A DNA stretch of 64,000 nt. Source: Bacteriovoracia bacterium. GTDB taxonomy: Bacteria > Bdellovibrionota > UBA1018 > CAIPTA01. A program made the translations under genes and the position numbers. Positions 50,110 through 58,957 of the stretch are shown piece after piece. Every line of letters starts with the position of its first letter. Positions within the stretch are counted from its first letter, which is position 1. Where the stretch lies: contig JBFWVL010000002.1 of NCBI GenBank assembly GCA_050246755.1, positions 32,001-96,000 on the forward strand. Reading direction: 5' to 3'. The notes beneath the pieces are model-generated. The model was not told the DNA's origin. It saw nothing but the letters and a program-made list of their open reading frames with translations, and did not search any database.

Positions 50110-50576
50110 AGGGTTTTTCGCATCTCGATATTGCAGCGCTCGTAGTCTGGGTGCGGACCGAGATGGGTAACGGTATAGCCATGCTTCCGGTAGAGCGAAA
50201 TTGCCGGCTCGAGCACGGTATTGGAGAGAATTAAGATTTCGTTGGCGCCTTTTTCTTTGGCCCACGCTTCGGCCTTCTCCATGAGCAGATCGCCATAACC
50301 TAAACCGCGATAATTGGGATCCACGGCCATTTTCGCCAGTTCAAATTGCCGGGGGCCGGTTTTATACATTGCGCAGGTGCCCACTGCTTCACCTTCCACT
50401 ACCACGAAAAATATTTCACCGCCCCCGCGCAGGCATTCTTCCGGATTATTCACCTGCTCTAAGTCTTTTTTCTCTACGCGAAAATATTGCTCGATCCAGG
50501 CGAGATTCAGGCGCTTGAAAGCCGGGTTAAAGCTCGGGTTATGGGTTCGCAGTTCTTGAATGGGTTTTGCGCTCAT
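50106..50576 (-). CDS. GNAT acetyltransferase
   Basis: ELAKMAV..YRGLGYG..AISLYRKHGY. Confidence 0.9.
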   Translation of the reverse strand: MSAKPIQELRTHNPSFNPAFKRLNLAWIEQYFRVEKKDLEQVNNPEECLRGGGEIFFVVVEGEAVGTCAMYKTGPRQFELAKMAVDPNYRGLGYGDLLMEKAEAWAKEKGANEILILSNTVLEPAISLYRKHGYTVTHLGPHPDYERCNIEMRKTL

Positions 50577-50657
50577 GCGGATTTTTTATCTGGATCCGCG
50601 GGAAAGGGAAAGTAGCAATTTTTTTGTGACTAGTATGGTTTGTGATACTAGAGGGCT

Positions 50658-51014
50658 ATGAAAAAGAAAAAATTTAACTGCCCCGCCGAGCTGACCGTGC
50701 ATTTGATGGGGGGTAAATGGAAAGCAGTTCTTCTCTATAACCTGCGCAAAGGCCCCCGGCGTTTTGGCGAGCTGCGGAGATTCAGCCCCGGGATTTCCAC
50801 CGCCACGCTCACCGGCCAGCTCCGGGAAATGGAAGACACGGGGCTTATTAAACGGCGCGTGATAAATCCTTTACCGAATTTGGCGGTGGAATATGCCCTC
50901 ACGGAAAAAGGGGAATCGCTGCGCCCTATTTTGACCGCCATGATTCGCTGGGGCATTGCCCACCAACGGGACTATATTTTGGGTGAGTTCGGGATGGCTA
51001 TTTTCAAAAAGTAG
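50658..51014 (+). CDS. HxlR-family regulator
   Basis: CP..GGKWK..RFGEL..VEYALT. Confidence 0.92.
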   Translation: MKKKKFNCPAELTVHLMGGKWKAVLLYNLRKGPRRFGELRRFSPGISTATLTGQLREMEDTGLIKRRVINPLPNLAVEYALTEKGESLRPILTAMIRWGIAHQRDYILGEFGMAIFKK

Positions 51015-51041
51015 CCTATCCTTTAGCAAAATGGAGTTGCC

Positions 51042-51554
51042 ATGAATTGCCCCTGCGGAAGCCAAAAAGACTATAGCCAATGCTGCGAGCCCTATATTAC
51101 GGGCAAAGAAAACGCGCCTACCCCGGAAGCCCTGATGCGCTCGCGCTATACGGCGTACGTGAAGGTAGCCGAACCCTACTTGAAAGAAACGTTGGCCCCC
51201 GAATCTCGCGGAGATTATAACGAAGGCGAAGTGCGCGAGTGGGCGAAGAAATCGGAGTGGCTTGGGCTGCAGATTTTGTCGGCCAAGGGCGATACGGTGG
51301 AATTTATTGCCAAGTACCGTACCCAGGGAAAGGTGCTAGAGCACCATGAGGTTTCTAAATTTAAGAAAAAAGGCGACCGCTGGTATTTCGTGGACGGGGA
51401 TTCTCACGTGCATGAAGAGGGAAAGGGGCATGAGCATCATGCGCCGCGCGAGCCGCAGAAGCCCATGGTGCGGGAAGAGCCAAAAGTTGGCCGTAACGAC
51501 CCTTGCTCCTGCGGAAGCGGGAAAAAATTCAAGAAATGCCACGGGGCCGCTTAG
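51042..51554 (+). CDS. ychJ: YchJ-family protein with SEC-C motifs
   Basis: [35 protein letters not shown]. Confidence 0.9.
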   Translation: MNCPCGSQKDYSQCCEPYITGKENAPTPEALMRSRYTAYVKVAEPYLKETLAPESRGDYNEGEVREWAKKSEWLGLQILSAKGDTVEFIAKYRTQGKVLEHHEVSKFKKKGDRWYFVDGDSHVHEEGKGHEHHAPREPQKPMVREEPKVGRNDPCSCGSGKKFKKCHGAA

Positions 51555-51724
51555 CTATTTTTTCGCTTCTTGCCTTTACTCACGCTATTTCCTAACCGTT
51601 TTTGGCTTTTCTCGGCTTTAGTCTGCCTTCCCGGTTCATTTACTGCTAGGGGATCCAGGCTTTTGGGCCACGGTTTTCCTTTGAGGGTTTTGGGCGTGAT
51701 CGGCTTGCTTTGCATTTGGGGCAT
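51551..51724 (-). CDS. Uncalled 57-aa basic protein
   Basis: GAAAGGA RBS; [57 protein letters not shown]; stop overlaps the ychJ stop; sigma54 motif upstream. Confidence 0.6.
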   Translation of the reverse strand: MPQMQSKPITPKTLKGKPWPKSLDPLAVNEPGRQTKAEKSQKRLGNSVSKGKKRKNS

Positions 51725-51779
51725 GGGGGTCCTTTCGGTTGGCGGTTATCCGTTGGCGCTTGGCCACCCTAGACTAGTA

Positions 51780-51795
51780 AGCAAGCGGGGCACCA
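51780..51795 (-). promoter_or_regulatory. sigma54-type promoter
   Basis: TGGTGCC-CCGC-TTGCT. Confidence 0.65.
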
Positions 51796-51880
51796 AATGA
51801 GTGTGATGCGGTAAATTTGCCATTTTTCCTCCCCCGAAATTTCCCGGCACTGCTAAAATCTCTCCATCGCTTGGGGAGTA

Positions 51881-53302
51881 ATGAGGTACGTAAATATACT
51901 TATTGATCGTTGGGCCCGGTTAAATTTCCGTACTCAATTAATTTTTTCCCACGGCCTGCTGGTGATCTTTGCGGTGGCCGCTTTAGGCCTCCTGGTGAAC
52001 GGCCTGACCGAAAAAATTCTCTTTAGACGAGGCTTCGATTTATTGGAGTCCACCAACCGGCTTTCTTTCACGCGATTCCGCGAGCGAATGGACGTGTTGG
52101 CATCGGCCGCCGACTCCTGCGACCCGAGCAGCAAACACTTGTGGAAGAGCCTTTTGTCTTCGCCCCATTTTGTCGGGTTCGATGCGACGGGAACGGAAAA
52201 ATTAGACATCATCAAAAAAAATGGCGAGTCCTTATTGCGTGTGGCGAGTGGCTGCGCCAAGAAAGCGGCCTTGCTGCGCACTAGCTGGCTTTCCAGTCTT
52301 TTCAACGACCGTACCGGCTTGGGAAAAAGCGGGGAAACTTACCTGATCGACCTGGCGGGAAGTCTCGTGACCGAATCGCGATTTTTAAAGAATCCGTCTT
52401 CGGCACCGCTCCCGACGAGATTAGCTGAGCACTGGCAGGGGTTGAAAAAAGACTACCGTGGTATTTCCGTGCTGGCCAGCTGGCGAAAAGTATCCTTGGG
52501 TGAATTTTCCGGCTACATTGCTTCCGAGATCGATGAAGCCGAGGTGAGAGAGCCGATCAAAGAGCTTTTTATTTCAGTGTTTGCGTTCTTTCTCGCGGTG
52601 TTGGCCGTGGCGGCGGCCATGGTGCCTTGGCTCGCAAAGGCTTTATCGAAAAATTTCGAGCGCGCGCAGGAGATGGAGCAGGTTAAAAACTTAGCCCTCA
52701 TCGAGGGCCAAGAAAAAGAACGCAACCGAATCAGCCTAGAGCTTCACGATGATATTGGGCAAAAGCTTACGGCCTTGGGCTGGAAGGTTTCGAGCGAAGG
52801 CGGCAGCGGTGCGAAGGCGCTCAACGATTTGGTGCGCGCGCTGGCCCAGCAAGTGCGCGCGCTTTCCGGTGATTTGTCGAGTTTGCTTATTCAAGAGGTA
52901 GGGCTGACGAAATCGCTCCGCCAGCTGCTAGATGAGGCCGGGGAAGCCCAGCGCGGAGCGACCAAATTTAAGCTGAACGTGGAGGGTAACCAAGCTGCGC
53001 TCCCCGGACAAAAAATCAGCACGGCGGTATACCGCGTGGGCCAGGAGGCGCTGTCGAATATCGTAAAGCATGCCCGGGCGAGAAACGTGGAATTTTCTCT
53101 TTTGCTTACCTCGGCGAAAATCGGCCTAGTCGTGACCGACGACGGGATCGGATTTGAATCCGGCGAGCGTGGAGGCGGCCTCGGCTTAAAAAATATGCGG
53201 TCTCGCGCCGAGGCATTCGGCGGAAAACTATACGTGACGAAGAACCAGCCGTCGGGCACGCGGGTGGAAATGACGATTCCATTAGAAGGAGGAAATGCGT
53301 GA
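51881..53302 (+). CDS. HisKA_3 (NarX-type) sensor kinase
   Basis: Two TM; ERNRISLELHDDIGQ; QEALSNIVKH; GLGL. Confidence 0.9.
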   Translation: MRYVNILIDRWARLNFRTQLIFSHGLLVIFAVAALGLLVNGLTEKILFRRGFDLLESTNRLSFTRFRERMDVLASAADSCDPSSKHLWKSLLSSPHFVGFDATGTEKLDIIKKNGESLLRVASGCAKKAALLRTSWLSSLFNDRTGLGKSGETYLIDLAGSLVTESRFLKNPSSAPLPTRLAEHWQGLKKDYRGISVLASWRKVSLGEFSGYIASEIDEAEVREPIKELFISVFAFFLAVLAVAAAMVPWLAKALSKNFERAQEMEQVKNLALIEGQEKERNRISLELHDDIGQKLTALGWKVSSEGGSGAKALNDLVRALAQQVRALSGDLSSLLIQEVGLTKSLRQLLDEAGEAQRGATKFKLNVEGNQAALPGQKISTAVYRVGQEALSNIVKHARARNVEFSLLLTSAKIGLVVTDDGIGFESGERGGGLGLKNMRSRAEAFGGKLYVTKNQPSGTRVEMTIPLEGGNA

Positions 53303-53904
53303 AAATTTTATTGGTGGACGATCATGTGATGGTTATCGAGGCATTGGCCCAAATGGTGAGAAAGTACTTTCCCCGGGCTCAGATATCCACCGCCGCCGAC
53401 AGGGCCGCGGCGCTCAGTTTTCTAAAAGCGAATGAAGATTGCGATGCCTTGGTTAGTGATCTTAGTTTTCACGGAAAAATGGATGGCTATGCAATCGTGA
53501 AAGAAGTGAGCAGTAAGTACCCGGAGATAGGAGTGGTAGTGCTTTCGATGCACGATGAGCATGCTTTCGTGCGCAAAGCTCTCGTTGAGGGGGCCCGCGG
53601 GTACATCGTAAAAACCGATCCGCCGGAAGAAATCTGCCGAGCGATCGAAAGTGTGGTGGCGGGGAAAACGTATTTATCCTCTTCGCTGAACGCTAAAAAA
53701 ATTGGCGAGCTCGAATCCTCGGCCCAGGAGCTTTCCGCGCGCGAGCAGGAAATCGCGCAGCTCGTGAAGAGTGGCGCAAGCTCCAAGGTAATTGGAGAGA
53801 AGTTAAGTATTAGCCCCCGCACGGTAGAAGTGCATCGGCGCAATTTAATGCGAAAGCTCGAGGTTCACAATACGGCGCAGCTGGTGGCGCTCTTAAATAA
53901 ATAG
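53299..53904 (+). CDS. NarL/LuxR response regulator
   Basis: REC plus LSAREQE..ISPRTVEVHRRN. Confidence 0.92.
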   Translation: MKILLVDDHVMVIEALAQMVRKYFPRAQISTAADRAAALSFLKANEDCDALVSDLSFHGKMDGYAIVKEVSSKYPEIGVVVLSMHDEHAFVRKALVEGARGYIVKTDPPEEICRAIESVVAGKTYLSSSLNAKKIGELESSAQELSAREQEIAQLVKSGASSKVIGEKLSISPRTVEVHRRNLMRKLEVHNTAQLVALLNK

Positions 53905-53972
53905 CCGCGACACTTTGCCGCGAAGGGGCGGGTTGCCTCGTTTTTAGCCGGAAATATTGGTAAATCTGGACG

Positions 53973-54212
53973 ATGGAAAATATTGAAACCACGCAAGCCG
54001 TTCCCTCCACTAAAGTAAAATGGGGCATCAAAGTTCGCTGTGAGCCGGAAAGCCAGCTCTACGAAGTGAAGATCGTTCTGCCGATGGGCGAAGAAGATAA
54101 TCTTCCTACCCTGATGGAGCCAAACGTGATTCAGGCGTTTCCGGAAATCATGCGGGCGCTCGCCTCCGGGCGTTTACCGGGCAACGAGATTGACCTCGCC
54201 AATCGCCAATAG
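53973..54212 (+). CDS. Small hypothetical protein
   Basis: 79-aa ATG ORF filling the gap; no motif recognised. Confidence 0.55.
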   Translation: MENIETTQAVPSTKVKWGIKVRCEPESQLYEVKIVLPMGEEDNLPTLMEPNVIQAFPEIMRALASGRLPGNEIDLANRQ

Positions 54213-54321
54213 CCGCCCGAACAATCTGCCGCGTATCTAGAACCTGGGCCCTATCTTGTATACGCTTTGGTCGTGCCTAATGCCCGCCAGGCGAAAGGGG
54301 GGGCCTTTATTCAGGGGTTTT

Positions 54322-54690
54322 ATGAGATTTTCTAAGATTTTTTCCTGCACCGTCGTTTCCCTCCTCTCCTTTGCCTTAGTGGAGGTGACTTTTTCTCTCA
54401 ACGCGCACGCCGGCATGATCGCTACCAGCACCGCCGTGGCTGATATGGCGCGAAGTGAGAACCGCGCGAAGGTGGACGCGTTTCTCGCCCGGCAAGACGT
54501 GCAGAACGAAATGATGAAGCGGGGGGTATTCCCGCAAGAGGCGGCCCAGAGGGTGGCGGCGCTATCGGATTTTGAGTTGCAAAACCTCGCGGGCAAAATT
54601 GATAGCGCGCCGGCCGGCGCCGACGTGATCGTGATCAGCTTGACCACGATTTTGCTCGTGGTGATCATCCTGCTTCTCCTTGGCCGCTAG
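54322..54690 (+). CDS. PA2779-family protein
   Basis: Signal AHA-GMI; RVAALSD.EL; PAGA plus hydrophobic tail. Confidence 0.8.
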   Translation: MRFSKIFSCTVVSLLSFALVEVTFSLNAHAGMIATSTAVADMARSENRAKVDAFLARQDVQNEMMKRGVFPQEAAQRVAALSDFELQNLAGKIDSAPAGADVIVISLTTILLVVIILLLLGR

Positions 54691-54698
54691 GCGGGTGA

Positions 54699-55634
54699 TT
54701 GAACAGAGCTCTTTGTCTCTTAGGTATCTCCATATTTGCTTTCGCCGGCTTCGGCTGCGCCGTTCCTGCGCGGCAAACCGAAGCTTTTCTATTAGCTCCG
54801 CGGGATATTCCCGAAGCTTATAAAATAGAAAATGTTTGGTTCATAAAACAGACCGAGAACTATTGCGGGCCTGCCACCCTGGCGATGGCCATGCGGTTCT
54901 GGGGAGAGCCTAGATCCGTGGAAGAATTGGCCTCGCAGGTATATACACCCGGAAAAAAGGGAACCTTGCAGCTCGATCTGATGAGCGCTAGCCGCCGTCA
55001 GGGAATGCTGGCGGTTCCGATTCAGGGCCTTTCGGCTTTGCTCCATGAAATCGCGGCGGGGCATCCTGTGATTGTGTTCGAGAATCTTGGCCTGAGCTGG
55101 TACCCAAGGTGGCATTACGCATTGGTTTATGGATACGACCTGCGTGAGCCGGAGATTATCCTTCATTCGGGGCCTGATAAAGAAAAGCACTGGAGCATGC
55201 GCAAATTCGAGCGGTCTTGGATGCTCGGCGACTATTGGGGGCTGGTGGTACTACCGCCGGATAAAATGTCGGCTTCCGGCGATGAGCTTGGGCACGCCGC
55301 CGCCGCGGCCGGCCTGGAGCAGGCGGGAAAAATTCCGGCAGCCGAGCTGGTGTATCAGAATATTCTGAAGCGCTGGCCCGGAAGCCTCGGCGCGCTGATT
55401 GGCATGGGAAATACTTCTTACGAAAAGAAAGAGTATCGGACGGCAGTTCGCTACCTCAAAGAGGCCACCGAGAAGCATCCGCTTTCGGCGGCGGCCTGGC
55501 ATAATCGCGCCACGGCCGAGGGGGCCGCGAAAATGGTTAAGGCCGCAAAAAAAAGTGCGGCCGAAGCTTTGCGTCTAGCTCCGGCCGAATCTATTTCCAC
55601 TTATCGCGAAAGCCTTAAGAATTGGCTGAACTAA
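54699..55634 (+). CDS. PA2778-family C39-like peptidase lipoprotein with TPR
   Basis: Lipobox FGC; Q..YCGPATL; WHYALVYGYD; TPR C-terminus. Confidence 0.88.
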   Translation: MNRALCLLGISIFAFAGFGCAVPARQTEAFLLAPRDIPEAYKIENVWFIKQTENYCGPATLAMAMRFWGEPRSVEELASQVYTPGKKGTLQLDLMSASRRQGMLAVPIQGLSALLHEIAAGHPVIVFENLGLSWYPRWHYALVYGYDLREPEIILHSGPDKEKHWSMRKFERSWMLGDYWGLVVLPPDKMSASGDELGHAAAAAGLEQAGKIPAAELVYQNILKRWPGSLGALIGMGNTSYEKKEYRTAVRYLKEATEKHPLSAAAWHNRATAEGAAKMVKAAKKSAAEALRLAPAESISTYRESLKNWLN

Positions 55635-57433
55635 CTTTCCGCGGATCCGTCTTTTACCCATTTCTTTAGGACGAATTTCTTCTTTTTGGGACGGGCATCG
55701 CCGCCGAGAGAAGGGGGCATATAATCTTTTTTTGCTTCCGAAGCGGCGGCCGTTTTGGGGGCCGACTGTTGCTGCGCCGAGAATGGCTTGAAGGAAGGCT
55801 TGGATCCGTAGCGGGCGCCAGGGGTCTTATCGGAAAAGGTAGGGCGGCTGCTATGGCCTTCGGCTTTGCGTTTCCAGGGCGGTAGGCGCGTGTCGGCACC
55901 GGCCGCGCGGGGCTGGTAGCTGCGCTTTTCCCCGTAGGCTGGATTTTCGGAAAATCTCGGTTTGTCCGAAAATTTAGGACGGTCGGAGAACTTGCGATCC
56001 GAAAATTTAGGCTTATCGAAACGAGGGCGTTCCGAATCCTCGCGGCTGCGGGGAGCTGGACGTCCGGCACGGGCACCGCGCTCGGAATCGCCTTTGGGAG
56101 CGGCGGGCCGGGAGTCGGCCATTTTTTCGGTTTTTTTATCCGAGAACATATCGGGCAGCATCAGCGCGAGGAAACGGCCGGCCACGTCTTCGGGGCTCAT
56201 TTCTTTCAGCGCGGTCTTCCACTCTTCGGGCAAGATCGCGGTGGCGCGCCCTTGCGGGCCGGCCGCGTCGAAAGCTTTTTGCACGTTCGTGATGCGCTTC
56301 ATGGCGATATCGCGGGCCGTAGGAATCACGCCTTCGTTGATCTTGCTCTTCGTCATGCGCTCGATGCGGCCGAGCAATTCACGGTGGGAGAAGGTAACGA
56401 GGCTGATGGCCACGCCTTTCTTGCCGGAGCGGCCGGTGCGGCCGATGCGGTGAACGTAGTTATCGAGCTCGCGGGGAATCGAGTAGTTCACCACGTGGGT
56501 GATATCTTTTACGTCGAGGCCGCGGCAGGCTACGTCGGTGGCGATGAGCACCGAGATCTTGCGGTCGCGGAAACCTTTCATCACGCGGTCGCGGGCAGTT
56601 TGGTCGAGATCGCCATGCAAGCAATCCACGCGATAGCCTTTGCCGGAAAGGAAAGAATTTACGTCGGCCACGAGGGCTTTGGTTTGGCAAAATACGATTC
56701 CGTAGAAATCATCGGCGGCGTCGATGATCTTGGTGAGCAGCTCGGGCTTATCATATTCGTGAGTTTTGTAGAAAATCTGCTCTACGGTATCGGGAACCAT
56801 CTCGGTGCGATTCACTTGCACCTTTTTAGGGTTTTTTAGGTAGGCATCGGCTACGCCGCGCACGTCGCCGCTCATGGTGGCGGAGAAGAGCCAGATATTA
56901 GACTGGCCTTTGGGCGCAGCCTGGAGAACTTTCTCGAGGTCTTCTTTAAAGCCCATCGAGATCATCTCGTCGGCTTCGTCGAGGATGAGGGTTTTGAGGT
57001 TATTTAATTTCAGGGTGCCTTTATCGATATGGTCCACCACGCGGCCGGGAGTTCCCACCACCACGGTGGCGCCGTATTTCAGGCCATCGATCTGTTCGCG
57101 GTAGCCGGTGCCGCCATAAACTGGCAGGGATTTAATGCCGAGGTGTTTTCCCAAAAGATCGATCTGGCCGGCCACCTGAATCGCGAGCTCGCGAGTGGGG
57201 CAGAGGATGAGTGCTTGCACGCCGGTCTTTTTCTTGTCGATACGCTCGAGCAGCGGGATTCCGAAGGCAGCCGTCTTGCCGGTTCCGGTGGCGGCGAGGC
57301 CAAGGAAATCAGTGTCTGCGCCGAGCAGGAGGGGAAGGGTTTCCGCCTGAATCGGAGTAGGGGTTTCGTACCCTAACTCTTGAATGGCTTTCATTACGGG
57401 GGCAGAGAGGCTTAATTCATTGAAATTTTGCAT
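55631..57433 (-). CDS. DEAD-box RNA helicase (DeaD/CshA-like)
   Basis: ATGTGKT, PTRELA, DEAD, SAT, HRIGRTGR; basic tail with (K/R)FSD repeats. Confidence 0.95.
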   Translation of the reverse strand: MQNFNELSLSAPVMKAIQELGYETPTPIQAETLPLLLGADTDFLGLAATGTGKTAAFGIPLLERIDKKKTGVQALILCPTRELAIQVAGQIDLLGKHLGIKSLPVYGGTGYREQIDGLKYGATVVVGTPGRVVDHIDKGTLKLNNLKTLILDEADEMISMGFKEDLEKVLQAAPKGQSNIWLFSATMSGDVRGVADAYLKNPKKVQVNRTEMVPDTVEQIFYKTHEYDKPELLTKIIDAADDFYGIVFCQTKALVADVNSFLSGKGYRVDCLHGDLDQTARDRVMKGFRDRKISVLIATDVACRGLDVKDITHVVNYSIPRELDNYVHRIGRTGRSGKKGVAISLVTFSHRELLGRIERMTKSKINEGVIPTARDIAMKRITNVQKAFDAAGPQGRATAILPEEWKTALKEMSPEDVAGRFLALMLPDMFSDKKTEKMADSRPAAPKGDSERGARAGRPAPRSREDSERPRFDKPKFSDRKFSDRPKFSDKPRFSENPAYGEKRSYQPRAAGADTRLPPWKRKAEGHSSRPTFSDKTPGARYGSKPSFKPFSAQQQSAPKTAAASEAKKDYMPPSLGGDARPKKKKFVLKKWVKDGSAES

Positions 57434-57551
57434 TGTGACAGCTTCATATCACGCATTGCGCAAATCTCTGACTGATTCTCGGCATGGTGCAAAAATAAAA
57501 AGTAACCATTGGTCATTTTTATAAAAAATTAATGATATCAGCAGGTTAATA

Positions 57552-57713
57552 TATGGTGAGCCGAGCGAGCCCCATGCTCAATCGGCTTGCCGTACCCCTC
57601 GCTCGACCCCTCATCCGCGCGCGCTGTGAGGGCTACAGCGAGATTTCTTTCTGCCAAGAAAGTGACCGAATTTCCGGCCTCGGAAATCGGCACGTTCATA
57701 AAAATATTGAACG
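57552..57713 (+). ncRNA. Candidate structured RNA or REP/MITE-like element
   Basis: Five consecutive hairpins; G-U pairs favour the + strand. Confidence 0.35.
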
Positions 57714-57825
57714 CGGTTTCCAAGATAAGTTTTATTTATTCCGTGAGCGCGTAGGCGCCCGGCCACGGAGGAGCAAAGGCGCTCAGAAAACAATTGGGGT
57801 TTTGCGCGAGATTACCACTCATCCC

Positions 57826-58218
57826 TTATTTCCCCTGTCGGCCCGCGAGCTCTTTGGCGAAATGCTGGTGAAGATCGTGAAACTCTTTTTGCAGCATTTC
57901 CAGTTCTTCGTCGCTAAGGCATTCCAAATCTACGAGCGCATTGCGGGCGCCCTTCGCTGCCTTAAGGAGCTCGTTGAGCTTAAGGTGAACGGCGCGGGAA
58001 TCACGGTTCTGAGAATTTTGGATCACGAAAACCATGAGGAATGTAATGATCGTGGTGCTGGTATTGATCACGAGCTGCCAGGTATCGGAATAGTGGAAGT
58101 AATGGCCGCAGGCGAGCCAGGCTCCCACCGAAAATAAGGCGATAATGAAGGCAAACGGAGATCCTGCGGCCTCGGCGGTAGCATGGGAAAATTTGCGAAA
58201 TTCATCTCGGAAGGTCAT
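57826..58218 (-). CDS. Low-affinity iron permease (Fet4-like) family protein
   Basis: SDTWQLVINTSTTIITFLMVFVIQNSQNRD..KLNEL. Confidence 0.92.
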   Translation of the reverse strand: MTFRDEFRKFSHATAEAAGSPFAFIIALFSVGAWLACGHYFHYSDTWQLVINTSTTIITFLMVFVIQNSQNRDSRAVHLKLNELLKAAKGARNALVDLECLSDEELEMLQKEFHDLHQHFAKELAGRQGK

Positions 58219-58301
58219 GAAGGCTCCTAGAATTACCGCGCCGAAGCTCTCACACTCCAATAATGGAGAGTTAGCGCGAACTTGCCGCACAGTTTACCCC
58301 T

Positions 58302-58739
58302 TTACGCTCGAAGGCGCTTACGGAATTTTTCCCAGTCCCATTTGGGCTGTTGGCATAGGGCGGTGAGCTCGAGGCAGATCTCGTCGGGCATGGAATCGTA
58401 AAGCGCCATATAGGTGGCGGGCGGATTCCTTATTTTTAGCGTAGCGATCGCCGCCTGATCGAGTGAGAAACCGAAAGCACGGCAAATGACCAGGAGAATT
58501 TCTTTAGGATCTGGAGAAACTTTCTCGGCGCAGTCTCGGAAGAGCTCCGATTCAGAAACCTTGAGGGTTTTGGCGAGAGTGGTGATGGTTTCCGGGCCTA
58601 CCCATTTTTTTCCCGCCTCAATATTCTGCAAGAAGCTCGTCGAGAGTTTCGCGCGTTTCGCGAATTCTCCCTGAGTGAGGTCGCGCTCTTGGCGTAAGCG
58701 TTTGATATTTTCTCCGAGGCATTCCGAAACTGTTTTCAT
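58302..58739 (-). CDS. XRE/Cro-CI-family HTH regulator
   Basis: NIKRLRQERDLTQ..LQNIEAGK; GAGGAGG RBS. Confidence 0.9.
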   Translation of the reverse strand: MKTVSECLGENIKRLRQERDLTQGEFAKRAKLSTSFLQNIEAGKKWVGPETITTLAKTLKVSESELFRDCAEKVSPDPKEILLVICRAFGFSLDQAAIATLKIRNPPATYMALYDSMPDEICLELTALCQQPKWDWEKFRKRLRA

Positions 58740-58802
58740 TTTTCCTCCTCTACACGCAAAGGTTTATCGTCGGGCAATTACAGCCTAACAGAGTGTTTTT
58801 GA

Positions 58803-58832
58803 TTGACAAAGAACATTCTATTGGAGTATATT
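58803..58832 (+). promoter_or_regulatory. sigma70 promoter
   Basis: TTGACA-N18-TATATT, with an imperfect inverted repeat (58790-58819) spanning the -35. Confidence 0.75.
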
Positions 58833-58848
58833 GAGCCTATCAGTAAGA

Positions 58849-58934
58849 CCGGGTTTTGGATCCCAAGGATTGGGGTAGTGGGCTGGCAGACCCAGACCGA
58901 GAGGCTTGCACGCTAGCCAAATTGCGGTACCCGG
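58849..58934 (+). ncRNA. Candidate structured 5' leader (multi-stem junction)
   Basis: CCGGGT/ACCCGG closing stem around three hairpins. Confidence 0.4.
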
Positions 58935-58957
58935 CCGCTTAGCACAAGGAAGTAAGT

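Noticed and set aside
57554-57569. tRNA 3' end or att site (minus strand ..CTCGCTCGGCTCACCA)
   Set aside because: No T-loop consensus, no cloverleaf, no second copy and no integrase in the window.
57553-58137. 194-aa + strand ORF
   Set aside because: Largely antisense to the iron permease gene; no RBS or motif.
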